From: Malacoraja senta
Taxonomy: Eukaryota
DNA length: 60,000 nt
Assembly: GCA_038087875.1 (NCBI GenBank)
Contig: CM075989.1
Location: forward strand, 17,920,001 to 17,980,000
Reading direction: 5' to 3'
A program made the translations under genes and the position numbers. Below the pieces are notes generated by a model. That model was given only the letters and a program-made list of their open reading frames with translations, was not told where the DNA came from and did no database searches. Shown piece after piece: positions 1-50,296 of the stretch; positions within the stretch are counted from its first letter, which is position 1; every line of letters starts with the position of its first letter.

Positions 1-149
1 GAGCAAAGTTTAACTTTGTAAAATGTTGTTTCCACCATTAATTCCTATTTAAACCTTCATGATGTTGTAAGTTGGTTATGTTTGGACAGGTGTGCCTTTT
101 GAGAACATTTGAGTATTTTGTGTGACAGTGTATTTTTCTTTAACAATAG

Positions 150-37998
<37,849 letters not shown>

Positions 37999-38268
37999 AT
38001 GAAGACTGCCATGTATAGGAAGATACAGCTTGACTGATTAACTTTATTGTTTTGCTTTTTTTGTATTGAAGTAATTTCCAAACGCTGTTATGTTATGTGA
38101 ACTATAATGTAATTTTAAAGTTTGCCAGCTCAAATTGGATATTGACTGTTGTATGTTGATGTAATTCCTGTTATTGGACTGTTTTTATATATATATATTG
38201 AGAGAGAGAGAGAGAGAGAGTAATTTAGTTGACACATTTGGTCACCTGTTTGAATGGATACATTTTTC

Positions 38269-38274
38269 AATAAA
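38269..38274 (+). terminator. Candidate MYEF2 polyadenylation signal AATAAA
   Basis: First AATAAA ~270 nt after the stop; further AATAAA near 39066 and 39482. Confidence 0.5.
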
Positions 38275-38559
38275 ATGTTGTCTAAATTTACTTGAATTTT
38301 TAAAATAATGAAAAGAATCGAGAATTGTTATAAAAAATCTCCACGAAGAAAGGCGTGCAAGACGTATATACATTTCCCTCAAAGTGTAAGGCTCTTTGTT
38401 AGGGAAGCACCAGGTCTCAATTCATTTCTTTGCAAAATGTAACTGGATTTGTTTGTGTCAATGGTCTGTACTCTATATTTATTAGTTCCCCCTAAAACCC
38501 AGAGATTATAATCCGGTGCTCCACAAACTGAATACCAGATACTTTTAATTTTTTAGAAG

Positions 38560-38790
38560 ATGGATGCAAAGTGCTGGAGTAACTCAGCGGGTCAGGCAGC
38601 ATCTCTGTATAAAATGGAGATATGATGTTTCGTGTTGGGATCTGCCTTCATACAGAAGGGGTATGAAGAAGCGTCTTGGCCCGAAACGCCACGCATTCTT
38701 TTTCTCCAAAGATGCTGCCTGACCAGCTGAGTTACTCCAGCACTTTGTCTATCTTCGGTATATACCAGCATATGCAGTTCCTTTCTACAC
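38560..38790. mobile_element. Inverted pair of Penelope-type terminal repeats
   Basis: gctggagtaactcagc..gtcaggcagcatct and its reverse complement around a gaaga...cccgaaacg core; related copies near 4405, 8240, 8585, 10870, 27915, 37120 and 41965. Confidence 0.6.
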
Positions 38791-40694
38791 ACTTTGAATT
38801 TTTACATGGTTTCAGTGTCAAAACCTTTGTTGATAGTTGCTTTGGTTTTGACCAAAACCTTTTGACGTCTTAAGTATTACTCAACGAGAATGTAGTCATC
38901 TTCTACTTAAATCCACTGAAAATTTAATTCCAAAGATTTTTTACTTAATCTCGCAAATTTACAATGCACATCGATGGTCAATGTTGCGTGCTTAAACCTG
39001 TATTGACTGGTTAAGTACATTGGGAAATTGCATTTGATTGAATTAGGTGGGATTAGTGCATTTTTAATAAAAATGTATATAATAATGGTGGTATAAGAGT
39101 TTACTGCTTAAGCTCACAAAACTATTTGGAACCCTTCAGTGAATAATTTAGGAATTAAAGTAGAACTGGTAATCGATAAACTAATTTTGTCCTGTTGCTT
39201 GTTTACTTCCAGGAAAAATTGGTCACTTTGAATTTGTTGCCTTATTTCTCAAGTACAGTGCCAAGCTTAGTTCCATGAAGGTTAAAACAGTGGTACAGTT
39301 TCAATTACTAATTAAAAGTAAGCTTCCTTACCTTGATAAACTTGTCTATTAACATTTTTTTTAACATTAACATTCAATTAATATTTTAAATTCGGGATCA
39401 CTTGTGCACAGCATGTGGTCTAATTTCGCTTTTGATTCTTCTTAACTCTTGTGCCAAATGCATTAAACCAATTATCACAACAATAAAGCTGAGGGATAAT
39501 TTTCTGCTCATTCTGTGAATGGTGCTTGTATTTGAAGAATACGAACATAGTAGGTAAGTGCTTTTAAATTTTTTTAAAATACAGTTTCAAACATGTTACG
39601 TAACCAAGGGTGTTCAAGCTGTAGGCTGGGGATAAATGTAGAATAAATAACCTGACCAACTCCTTGTGTACTAATGGCTTTTACTTTGTTGGTAATATGA
39701 TAGAATGTTTCAATTAAATGACTCAACGATCTTTCAATTTCAATTGATTATAACAAACATTTTGATTTCATACACTCGGAAGGACGAGGTAACGCATACA
39801 TATTAAGCTGATATGAATTCAAATTAGTAGTTCAATATTTTGCGCTGCCCACAAAAAAATTAAACTTCATGTGCAGCCAAAAAGTGGTTTCTGGAAAGGC
39901 GGTCAAGTAAGTTTGCGCAAGCAATCTGAGAGAAACGGTTTAAGATTCCCAAAACTGGATGAGGATTTAACGAGGTTTTGTGGGCAAAGAGCCTATGTAA
40001 ATGAATACACAATAAGCCTGGTGAGAGTTAAAATAAAAGTTCTGTTGATTGAGGTAGCACTCCCATGTCCCTTTGCACCTCCAATTTCTGAATCCTCCCC
40101 CTGTTAATAGTCTATGCCTTTATACTACCTAAAATTTATGATTCTGCACTTTGTTCCACTGTATTCCATCTGCTACAACTTAGCCCACTCTTCTAACTTG
40201 TTCAAGTCCTTCTGCAGAGTCCCTACTTATTTGCAAAGCTAATGGATCTGATTTTGAGATAGACACCAATCACCTGCAACTACTGCTGTAATGAGCTTCC
40301 CTTATTCTGACATGCAGGGCCTATTTTGGTAGAATGAAGCATTCTAGAGTTCAGTGGATGGGTCCTGAGCTCCCCGAAAAACACGAGTGCTGGCAAAGCC
40401 ATACTGTGGTTTTGATAACTATCCAAACTGTCAAGTTAAAAAAATTGAATGCCTGACTTTCAGAAAGATTATTTTTTCTTGTAGTTTAATAAATACAGCA
40501 TTAAAGACATTGACTAATAACCCACAGATTATTGGTGCTCAATATTTCCTGTAGCTTTGCTTAGATCTAATCTGACATAGGACCAGAGATCTGGGGGAGT
40601 CCACCACCCCCAGATGATTGTAGAAAGATCTCTTTATGGACATAAGCTGGCAAGAGTACAGAGATGAGACCGTTGCCAAGATTAATGGTGCTGA

Positions 40695-41095
40695 GCTATT
40701 GGGAGAGATCGGGCAGGCTAGGACTTTATTCTTTGGGTGCAGGAGGCTGTGAGGTGATCTGTGAAAGGTATAGGAAACTGTGAGCGGAATAGATAGGCTG
40801 AATGCAGTCTTCCCCAGGGTATTGGAATCAAGAACCAGAGGACATAGGTTTAAGGTGATTGGGGAAATATTTAATAGGAACCTGAGGGGCAACATTTTCG
40901 CACAGTGGATGGTGGGTATATGGAATGAGATGCTAGTGGAGGTAGTTGAGGCAGTTTCAATAACAACAGGTATAAATACAGGCACATGGTAGAGGGATAT
41001 GGGCCAAATGCAGGCAAATGGGATTTACTTACATGGGGCATTTTGGTCAGCATGAACGAGTTGGGCTAATGAGCCTTTCTGTGCTGCGTGACTCC
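40695..41095 (+). mobile_element. Old CR1 LINE 3' fragment
   Basis: SRTRGHRFKV...RGNIFAQWMVGIWNEM; decayed. Confidence 0.75.
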
Positions 41096-42183
41096 CATCA
41101 CTAAATCCTGGTTTCTATTGAAATGGATAATTAGGCCAAATAATTCAGGTCTTCACAATGTTAGGAACTTTTGTTTTCCACCGACTCCATCCTCCTCCCT
41201 TGATACTGCCCTCTCTGCCTTGTTCTGATGTATTTCTTGCGATTTTTTGATCTCATTTAAAATTACAGACATTGGCAAGTGTCTTTTACCCGAGGTCTCA
41301 AAACTTGCCTTCCCTCAATCTTTTTCTCCTCAGCTAATCAAAACCCTCCTTTAACCAAGGCGTAGGTCTGCAATTTCCTAACAGTTCAGTGTCATTATGT
41401 TACCATTTTGCAATGGTAGGAGGATCCCGGCAAGCTGTGGCCATACCTGACAGCAGGCCCAGCTCGCCTGCTGCAGACCATGGTGGAGCTCCACTGCCGC
41501 GGGCCAGGAACTCTCCCTGGAAGACCCAGCGGGCCATGCCCTGTGGAGGGGAATCCTTGGAGCTCGTCTCCGAAGACTGGAGTACCGAAGAGGCAGCTGC
41601 CAATGACGGTCACGAGGATCAAGGCCGGTTGGAAAGTGAACCTCCTGCACCCTCGCGATCGGCTGTGGGAGACGCCCCCAGGACATGAGCGTGGCCAGGT
41701 GAGAAGAGGAACATCGGTACTCTGAACAATCCAGGGGCTTGCGCGTGGACCAGATTTTGGAAATGGTGCCAAATCTGGCGACAGAAAATTTCACTGTTTT
41801 GCACATGTGACAATAAAGCATCTATTGTATTGCTGAGGGTACATGGAAAATAATTCTTGAGACTTTTACAATTAGAAAAGTTTCTCTCATCTGTACTTGA
41901 TCCTGGAACAGTAAGCAGTCTTGGTCCAGGAAACCAACCCCCAATTACTTGAAAGAGGGAAGAAAAAGCAAACTGCTGGAGGAACTCAGTGGGACAGACA
42001 GCATCTGCAGAGGTGAACAGTATGTCAAGGTTGAGTCAAGACCCTGCATCAGGACTCTTCTCAATTTCTTGGTCCGGTCCTTGTTCAGATAAAACCATCA
42101 GGATTAATGGGGTAAGGGAATGGTATGGGAAGCTTCAGTTTTGGGTGGCAGCATTCACAATTGTCCCTGGATTTGTAGCTCGG

Positions 42184-42500
42184 CTAAGTGCATGTCCTTG
42201 CAAGAACGTGGCCGAATATTCCGAGTCCATTTAGAACTGAAATAACGAGAAAAACTAAATAGGCTAACAGGCATGTTACTCCAAGTTTCTTATCCAGTTT
42301 CCATCCATTAATATGAATAGCTGCGAATATGAAGATGATGGAGAGGAGGAGAGAGGCGGTTGTGTACGTCATGCCGCTGCTGTTCACTTCTACGGGTGAT
42401 AAGTCAACAAATACTGTCTTAATAAACCACGGTGCACCTAAACACAGCAGATCGAATACATTGGAGCCCACAATGTTCGACATAGCCATATTTCCTTTAC
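42184..42500 (-). CDS. SLC24A5: SLC24A5 last exon
   Basis: [28 protein letters not shown]...[10 protein letters not shown]...LGIFG; TAG at 42186-42184. Confidence 0.93.
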
Positions 42501-43154
42501 CTGAGAATAAGCAGGAAGAAATTGTTTTCATTATAATGAATGCACTAATACATTCCCAGTCTCAGTGTTGAGCTTGCAACTTCAAAAAATGTGTAATTGG
42601 GCAGAAAGAAGTTTAGTAAGTCTTTTAATTTGTTTTTAATCAAAGTGTTGAGGATATGGGGGACAGAGACAGCAAATATGGCAAAGGGAAACGAGCATAT
42701 GCAAGAAATGCACAACGTACTTGAATTTTGAGGAAGAGAGGGTTGAAGGGTTTGAATGAAGGGTTTGAATGAAGGAAGAAGTTGGGTATTAGATTGGAAT
42801 AAGAATTAATTTAAAGGACTAGAGAATCAAAAGTCATGCTGGATAGAATGGAAACAGGTAATTTTTTAGTGCTTACATGATAGATTTTAAGACCATAATT
42901 TCTGAACATATGAAAGGTCTTTTGACAAAACGAAACTGCAGACATCCTTTCAGTGACTTAACTATATTTTTCTGAAGTTTAAGCATTGATAATGTTTCGT
43001 TAACTCTGTGACATGAACATTCTTGCAATGGAAGACCAGATCCTTGTAGAACTTGCAGATTTCCAGGAGTTACCCCCTCCCCTTCCCCTCTTAAATATCA
43101 GGGATGTGGGAGGAATTGATGTAGAATTCAGGTAAGAATTAAGAATCTATCTAA

Positions 43155-43427
43155 CCCTGTCCCACGATGCGAGTTTACCCAAGAGCTCTCCCGAGTTTAA
43201 AAAAAAAAACTCGTAAGTACGTAGCGGGTACGTCGGAGCTCGTGGACGTCTCGTAACGCTAACGGCAGGTACTCGGGAAACGCGGTAAGTTTGTGAAACT
43301 CGTGAAGTTTTTTCAACAGTGAAAAATTTCCAAGAGTAAAAAAATACTCGTGATGAAGTACCACGAGTTTTTTGTTTTTTTAAACTCGGGAGAGCTCTTG
43401 GGTAAACTCGCATCGTGGGACAGGCCC
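43155..43427. mobile_element. MITE (PIF/Harbinger-like)
   Basis: ~50-bp near-perfect TIR cctgtcccacgatgcgagtttacccaagagctctcccgagtttaaaaa; TAA/TTA flanks. Confidence 0.8.
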
Positions 43428-44733
43428 TTAAAGATGACTCTTCAGGTTAAGACGCTTGTATAGTATTGAAGTATTCTATGAAGTACCACAGAACTGTTTA
43501 ATATTCCAGACTTCACCTAGTTGCATTAAGTAGGCAGCAGCTTGCCGAATCTCTTAAAATAGCAACAAAATAGATAAACTTGCTGATCTTCAATTTATTA
43601 TTCCCAAATGTATGTATTAAAAAAAAAAATCCAACTGGCCAAGAGGAAATCTGCAAGGTGGACTTGTGATTGTATTTAATTTTCCTCCACTCTGTTCTCA
43701 TTGCTTTCCTTTGTGTTGGAAAGGTGACATCACATGAATATTTAAATTTTATGCTATTATGCTTTAACAAGAAACATTCAAGATCTAAAAAAATGCTTTC
43801 AGGAATTCTGATTTAGTGTTATTTGTATTTTTTTGTATATATGGAACAATTCTGCATTGAGTTCATTATTTGTACATGCATGGCTATTCAGCAAACTAGT
43901 ATTTGGTGGGAAAGAATACTGCTGAGGTACTTTCACCTATTTGCTGAAGCAAGTTAAACTATTAAATTTGGTGACTGTAAACTAGGTTCCCACCTTACCC
44001 ATGCCCGGGAAACCAATTTTTATAGTAATGTTCTTTTTTTTTAAATATCTTAAATTTTCGCTTTACACAATGTGTAGATTATATCAAACGAGATTTGAGA
44101 ATAACCGAGCTATCTTATGCATATCATCTGCAGCAAAGACTGGATAACTGAAGGCAGTGAACAATGGCTTGCGATGTTATCTGTAGCGACATGGACTAAC
44201 GAAGAACATTAGTCCATGACGATGATGCAGGCAACACTGATTAAACCTCAAACATCACATCCAAGCTTTTGCACTGTTTTAATTCATTCATGGGTATTGA
44301 ATTCACAGGCAGGATGTCATTTATTACTCAACCATAAACCTTAAAGTTGCTGGCTTTTTAGGCCATCTAGAGGACAGTAAAACAATCCAGTTGTGTAGCT
44401 GTGGGGTTGAAGTCACAAACTGAATGAAGCAACAACAAACAACTAAATGTGCTTCATTGAAGGACATCAGTGACTAAATTTAGTTCAATACAGCTTACGC
44501 ATTGGTGACTAGTTTTTACGGCACAGTAAAACCTCATTAATCTGGCATTATGGAACTGTGGTGTATTCCTGACTATTGGATGTTAACAATACTCCAATAG
44601 ACTATTCACTTTAAAAATGTTACACATTTCAGTAATCATGGCAAGCTTAAGAGTTGTGAGAACTAGGGACCTGTCAAATGTATAAGGTTGGTGTAAAAAA
44701 AAGTCACATTTTCCATTCTAAATACATCCATAC

Positions 44734-44835
44734 CTTCTCTGGTAACAAGCACACTGGCCACTGCATCTGGAATACTGGTGCCTGCTGCCAGCAATGTCAG
44801 ACCCATCACTGTCTCAGGAATGTCCAGAGTTTCTC
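44734..44835 (-). CDS. SLC24A5: SLC24A5 exon (alpha-2 repeat [33 protein letters not shown])
   Basis: tcag| ... G|gtatgg; 102 nt. Confidence 0.93.
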
Positions 44836-45229
44836 CTGAATGAATTAAACAATGTTAGATTGTCTGAGAGTGAACTGCACTGTCGGAGCATTCTGTTAAT
44901 AGTATGATTGCATAAAGTTATGCTACATTGTAACAAAGTGCTATTTTAGAGACTGCAAGACATCTTTACAATTTATGCAGTCAAATAGGTAGAATGTAAA
45001 GGGAAAGTACACAGTTAATTGCAAGACTCTTAACAGCATTGATGTATAGATAGATCATAGGGTCCAAGTCCATGGCTCCCTGAGAGTCACAACATGAGTA
45101 GGTACAGTGGTAAAGGAAGCATATGGTATGCTTGCCTTCATAGGCGGGCATTGTGGTTGAGCGTCAGGAGGTCATGTTGCAGGTTTACAGGACTTTAGTT
45201 CCATGATGACATTTGCAGTATTGCTTACA

Positions 45230-47430
45230 CTCTGGTCTGGAGATATGCACGCCCAGGAACTCAAAGTTGCTGAGTCTCTCCATCTCTGACCCATCGATTA
45301 AGACAGGTTTGTGGATCCTCAGCCTCACTTTACTAAAGTCAACAATCAGATCCTTTGTTTTACTGATGTTGAGAGTAAGGTTGCTATTCTGACACCATTC
45401 AATCAGTTGATAATCTCCCTTCTGTACTCAGACTCATCATTATCTAATTTGCCCCACAACAGTGGTATCGTCATCAAATATAAAGATGGAGTTGGAACTG
45501 TCTTGCTACAGAGTCATTGGTGTAGAGTGAGAGGAGCAGGTGATAGGAGCACACAGCCTTGAGGTGCTCCTATGCTGATGCATAGGGGCAGTCTGTCCTT
45601 TCATTCTTTTTGTTATTTTTAGTCTGTCTAAAAGTTTGTTTTGGAGGTCTTTTAGTCTTTTTTGTGTGGGGGGGAGGGGGAAACCGTTTTTCTCAATCAC
45701 TACCTGGTCGAGGATGCGTCTTTCCTCCGAGCCGCATCTTCGCGGCCTCCTCGCGGCCTACCATCTGGATTGGCGCGGCCTTTCCTGCCGGAGACCAGCC
45801 AGAGCTTCAGCAGCGGCACAGCACTGAATTCCATGGCGGAGCAGGACGATGCCTTTCCGGATCGCCGTGTTGGAGCTCTGGAGTGTTGGGCCTGTCGACT
45901 TGAACACCGTGGAGCTGCGGACTGTGGTCTGCGGAGCTTCCAGCCGTGGGCGGTGCTTACTTTAAACATCGCAGAGGCCTGGGATCTTTCGCCAAGGATC
46001 GCCAGTGTTGGAGCTCCGCCCAACTTGGCCTGTGGACTTCGGGAGCCACGGTCTCCGGTAGGAAGCAAAACACCGCAGCGAGACTCCTGACGGGCACCCG
46101 AAAAAAGGACCACATCACCCCGATCTTGGCCTCTCTCCACTGGCTCCCTGTGCGGTTCCGTATAAACTTCAAGATCCTCCTCCATGTCTACAAAGCCCTC
46201 AATGGGCTTGCCCCCACCTACATAAAAAGTCTTCTCACCCACCACTCCACCTCCAGGCCCCTCAGATCGGCCGACTTGGGGTTGCTGAATATCCCGCGGT
46301 CTAGGCATAAGCTCAGGGGCGACCGCGCCTTTGCGGTTGCAGCCCCTAGACTGTGGAACAGCATCCCCTTTCCCATCAGAACTGCCCCCTCCATCGACTC
46401 TTTTAAGTCAAGACTAAAGACTTGTCTATACTCCCAAGCCTTTCCTGACGTCCTCTGAGTGAGGGCTACATGTATGTAGTTTGTTTTGTTTGTGCTATTC
46501 TTATAACAAATGTAAAGCACTTTGGCCAACGAGAGTTGTTTTTTAAATGTGCTATATAAATAAATGTGACTTGACTTGACTAGGAAGCGACCGATTCGGA
46601 ACTCCAGGCCGCTGAGAGTGTTCTTCCGACGCCAGAGCTCTGATCATCATGGCGAGAGGGCCTGAAACATCGGGCCGCCATTGCGGCGACTGCGGAGGCC
46701 TCAATAGGCCCTGACCATGGGTGAACTGGAGGAAGAGGACTGAACTTTGTTGCCTTCCCTCTCAGTGGGAAACATTGATTCCGCTGTGGGGGAATTTTTG
46801 TTGTTTGTTTTGTTTTATGGTAAATTCTATAGTGTGTTTATCTTATTTGTGTGCTGCATGGTAACTCAAATTTCACTGCACCAAGGTGTATGTGACAACA
46901 AATATGTCACATCCTTTGTCCTTTGAAGTGTTGTTGCCAATTTGTACCGATTGTGTTCTTTTGATGAAGTTGAGCATCTAGTTGTATAGGGCTGTGCAGA
47001 GATCCAGTTCATTGAGTTTGGTTACAAGTTTGGAGGGGATGATGGTGTTGAATACAGAGCTGCAGTCTATGAACAACAACCCGACGTGTGTTTTTATTGT
47101 GTATTGCTTGCTTCTCCGAAGTGGGAGGTAGTGATTTTAGGCAAGTTGTCAGTGATTGTTGAGCTGGTAGCTCTCACCCAGTGAGAGTTTGTGGTTTAAA
47201 ATCTCACTTGAGAAATTGGAACAGAGGCACTGTCTTGTCCACAACATACTCATGCCAGACCTGATCATCAAAGAGGATGTGGTTTTCCAGCAGTTGCCTG
47301 CCTTCAGCTTGGGGATAGTCTGTATAGATATAGTAGGTTTGCAGCAACTCACCTCCATGCTCACATTTTCATTTAATTCTCACCACTGCATGCTCTTTCA
47401 AGCTACAAAGCATGCATGTAGTCCTGTGTG
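45230..47430 (-). mobile_element. Decayed Rex1/Babar-like LINE RT, interrupted by nested elements
   Basis: Minus strand LFIDCSSVFNTIIPSKLVTKL (~47020-47080) and F(D)DDTT (~45460-45480). Confidence 0.6.
46067..46580 (+). mobile_element. L2-clade LINE 3' fragment
   Basis: QNTAARLLTG..K.DHITPILASLHWLPV..RI.FKIL...WNSIP; tail aataaatg(tgact)n; 8-bp TSD taggaagc. Confidence 0.9.
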
Positions 47431-47486
47431 GCAGCTTTAGCTCTGTCTGCAAGTGCTCCCAGCTCGTCAACGTATACTCCTTATTT

Positions 47487-47759
47487 CAGGGGTCGGCAAC
47501 CTACGGCCCACGGGTTGGATCTGGCCCGTAACCCAAAATCTGGCCTGCAGCTGTTTTTTTTTTTTTCAAAACGTTTTCGCGACCTGGGAACTAGCCAATC
47601 CCAGGGACGCGAGGGACCTGGGAACTGCAGAAAACTAATTGAAAAACGTGAAAAACTAATGCGAAAAACACTAAGTGATGCTCTACGGCGATAAATGTGG
47701 CCCACCATCAGCTCAGACATGGGTCCTGGCCCTATGCAGAACAAGGTTGCCGACTCCTG
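47487..47759. mobile_element. hAT-type MITE
   Basis: TIR CAGGGGTCGGCAACCT / AGGTTGCCGACTCCTG; imperfect 8-bp TSD ccttattt/ccttatag. Confidence 0.75.
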
Positions 47760-47897
47760 CCTTATAGAACCAGGCTTGATTACCAAAGAGCCATGTTATG
47801 GTAGATTGTGGGAAGTGGTGGTGCACATTTTTGCTGCTATTGATGCCTTTTGTACATTTACAAAAACAATTCCAGAGCATAGTTACCAGATTCTTAC

Positions 47898-48104
47898 CCA
47901 CAAATGGTTACCATCCAAACCAATACATATGTGAATCCAGATATCCATGCAGTACACATGAAGAAGGTTAGCAGGAACCATTTTCTCCACTGGGGCCTCC
48001 GGCAGTCTGGGGTGGTTATGAAGAGTAATGTGGTGATGGGAAGAGACAGTACCCAGACAACTCGCTTCACATCCGATTCAGGCATTGCAACACGCTTGCT
48101 GGAT
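47898..48104 (-). pseudogene. SLC24A5: SLC24A5 exon with -1 and +1 frameshifts
   Basis: DPASV(TT)[31 protein letters not shown]...LVWMVTI(T)VG; the entry frame hits TGA at about codon 13. Confidence 0.85.
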
Positions 48105-49209
48105 CTGTGCCGACAAAACAAACTTGGTTATCTAAATAAAACATAACTACAGTTGCGAGTAATTGAAATAAACACAAAATGCTGGCAAACTCAGATTAGA
48201 CAACATCAATGAAGGGTCTCGGTCCTAAAACTTTGCTCAATCCCTTCCCACAGGCATATCCCCAACATGAGGTTTCAGTGTTTTCAGCATTTTCTATTTC
48301 TAATTGCAGAATTTAATTAAATAATTCAATTGCATCAACAAAAATACAATCCGATGGTAATAGCACTGGATTATCAACCCATTGTTGCTGTCGATTCCCT
48401 AACCTGTACCATTTCAGACCTTGATTTTTTATGTTTAAAACAAATGTGTATAATGGCGGTAAAACCTAAACCACAAAATTACCGATATTTAGGCTCGTCA
48501 GTACTTGTTGAGAACACGAGCGACAGTTTTTGGTGCGGACTTTCCATTGATAAATGATTTCCAAATACAGGCAAATTATATTCAGCGCCATGTGTGGGCA
48601 AATGGAGCAAAGGGCATCTTGGTTAGCATGGACGAGTTGTACAGAGGGGCCCGTTTCCATGCTGAATGACTGTGTAAGGAATAGTAAAATTTTCAATCCC
48701 AAATATCTCCTTAAGAACAGGAGTGAAATAATTCACTTTCCTATATTTTCAGAATCATTGTTCCCGGGTGGCTCACTTTCAACAAATGTGTCGGGAAATT
48801 GAGCTAAATAGCTATGGTTGGAGGATGTTTCTTCGGAAAGGGAATGAAAGCGACACGGGTTGAGATTTTTTTTAAATCATGCTGAAATAGCAGAACCGGC
48901 TCAAGGGGCTGAATATAATTCACCTGTATTTGGAAATCATGGTGCTGATGCTCAAGTAGTTAAATTGCAAATATGTGGGTAAATCATTGGGTAGATGGGA
49001 GCTAGAGGATTAAACATGAATTGTGAATAGATATTTGAACCCATATTTAATGCGATTTATTCCTTTGTGGACAGTTTTAAACTGACCATGCACTACAGGT
49101 TGCATTGACCAACACATATCTTGCATTTCTATATGACTGTTTTGTGCCCAAGTAGAAATATTGACATGTTTGAATACCAATACATTCAATTGGCTCACTC
49201 CAACTTTAC

Positions 49210-49494
49210 CTTCAGTAATCTCCGACAGTCCGTGTAAACTGAGGGAATGTTGGGAATAATCGGAATCATCATGAAAGATTCCACTGTCCGATCGGGAACG
49301 GCGATATATCAATGGTCCGTTTCCCCCCTGCCAGTCTATTAATGCATCGTGTTCATTGCCCTTCTTCCATTGCTTGTGTCAGACAAGTACAGCACGGGCT
49401 AAACTTCTTTGTTATGTACTCGTTCAGGTTACTGTCAAAGTACAACACCACGACATATGCTACGTAGATCAACAATAGAGAAGCCGACTCATAC
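49210..49494 (-). pseudogene. SLC24A5: SLC24A5 exon with +1 frameshift and premature TGA
   Basis: [10 protein letters not shown]...[14 protein letters not shown] then, one frame over, [10 protein letters not shown]...RRSRSDSGIFHDDSDYSQHSLSLHGLSEITE; 285 nt where 3n+2 is required. Confidence 0.85.
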
Positions 49495-49734
49495 CTTAAA
49501 AAAAAAAGCAGAATGGGCACCCTTCAAATTGGCACACCAACCAACTCGAGCACTTAACAGTACGATAGTCAATGAGGAAGTTAATTTGGCTTGTACAGTG
49601 GTTTGATTTTTATTACACTGGCAAACAATGTGATCCCATTTGTATTAGTACTCAAAATTAAAACCTTCCAGATGCATGAAAGGAGAAGCAAATTCCTGTG
49701 TTGACGGAAATGGACCGAAGAGAAGTGGAACTTT

Positions 49735-50010
49735 TATTGAAACCATACAGTGTGGAAACAGGCCCTTCGTCCCACGACGACCAAGGCTCACCCATACACT
49801 AGTTCTAACCTACAAACTAGTGACAATTTAAAACCAATTAACCTACACACCTGCATGTCTTTGCAACGTGGGAGGAAACCGAAACACCTGGAGGAAACCC
49901 ACAAGGTCACAAGGAGAATGTACAAACTCCGTATGGAGAGGGTCAGGAGGGAACGCGGGCCATTGGTGTGGTGAGGCAGCAGCTCTACCGCTGCACTACA
50001 GTGCCACCCC
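49735..50010 (-). mobile_element. tRNA-derived SINE (HE1/V-SINE-like)
   Basis: Reverse complement of the SINE at 52900-53205. Confidence 0.75.
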
Positions 50011-50195
50011 TAACTGACGAATGCGTGCTTCACCAGAGGGATTCTGGTATTCAGGTGGCTGAAGTCAAGTTGGTCGATTGAGTAAACAAACACTTGTGTG
50101 CTGTTTGTACATACAGCTGAGAATTACAACTACATGCTGAATGATGAAGTGGAAATATTACTTTTATGTTTTAATAATAGGTTGAAGAGTCTTAC

Positions 50196-50296
50196 CAGTA
50201 AATCCTGTTATCAAAGATAATGGCAATTAATGCTGCAACACTGATGGCATAGGCTGTACAATCTCTGAACAATGGCCAGCAAGTCAACCGACAAAC
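50196..50296 (-). CDS. SLC24A5: SLC24A5 exon ([34 protein letters not shown])
   Basis: ccag| ... TG|gtaag. Confidence 0.92.
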
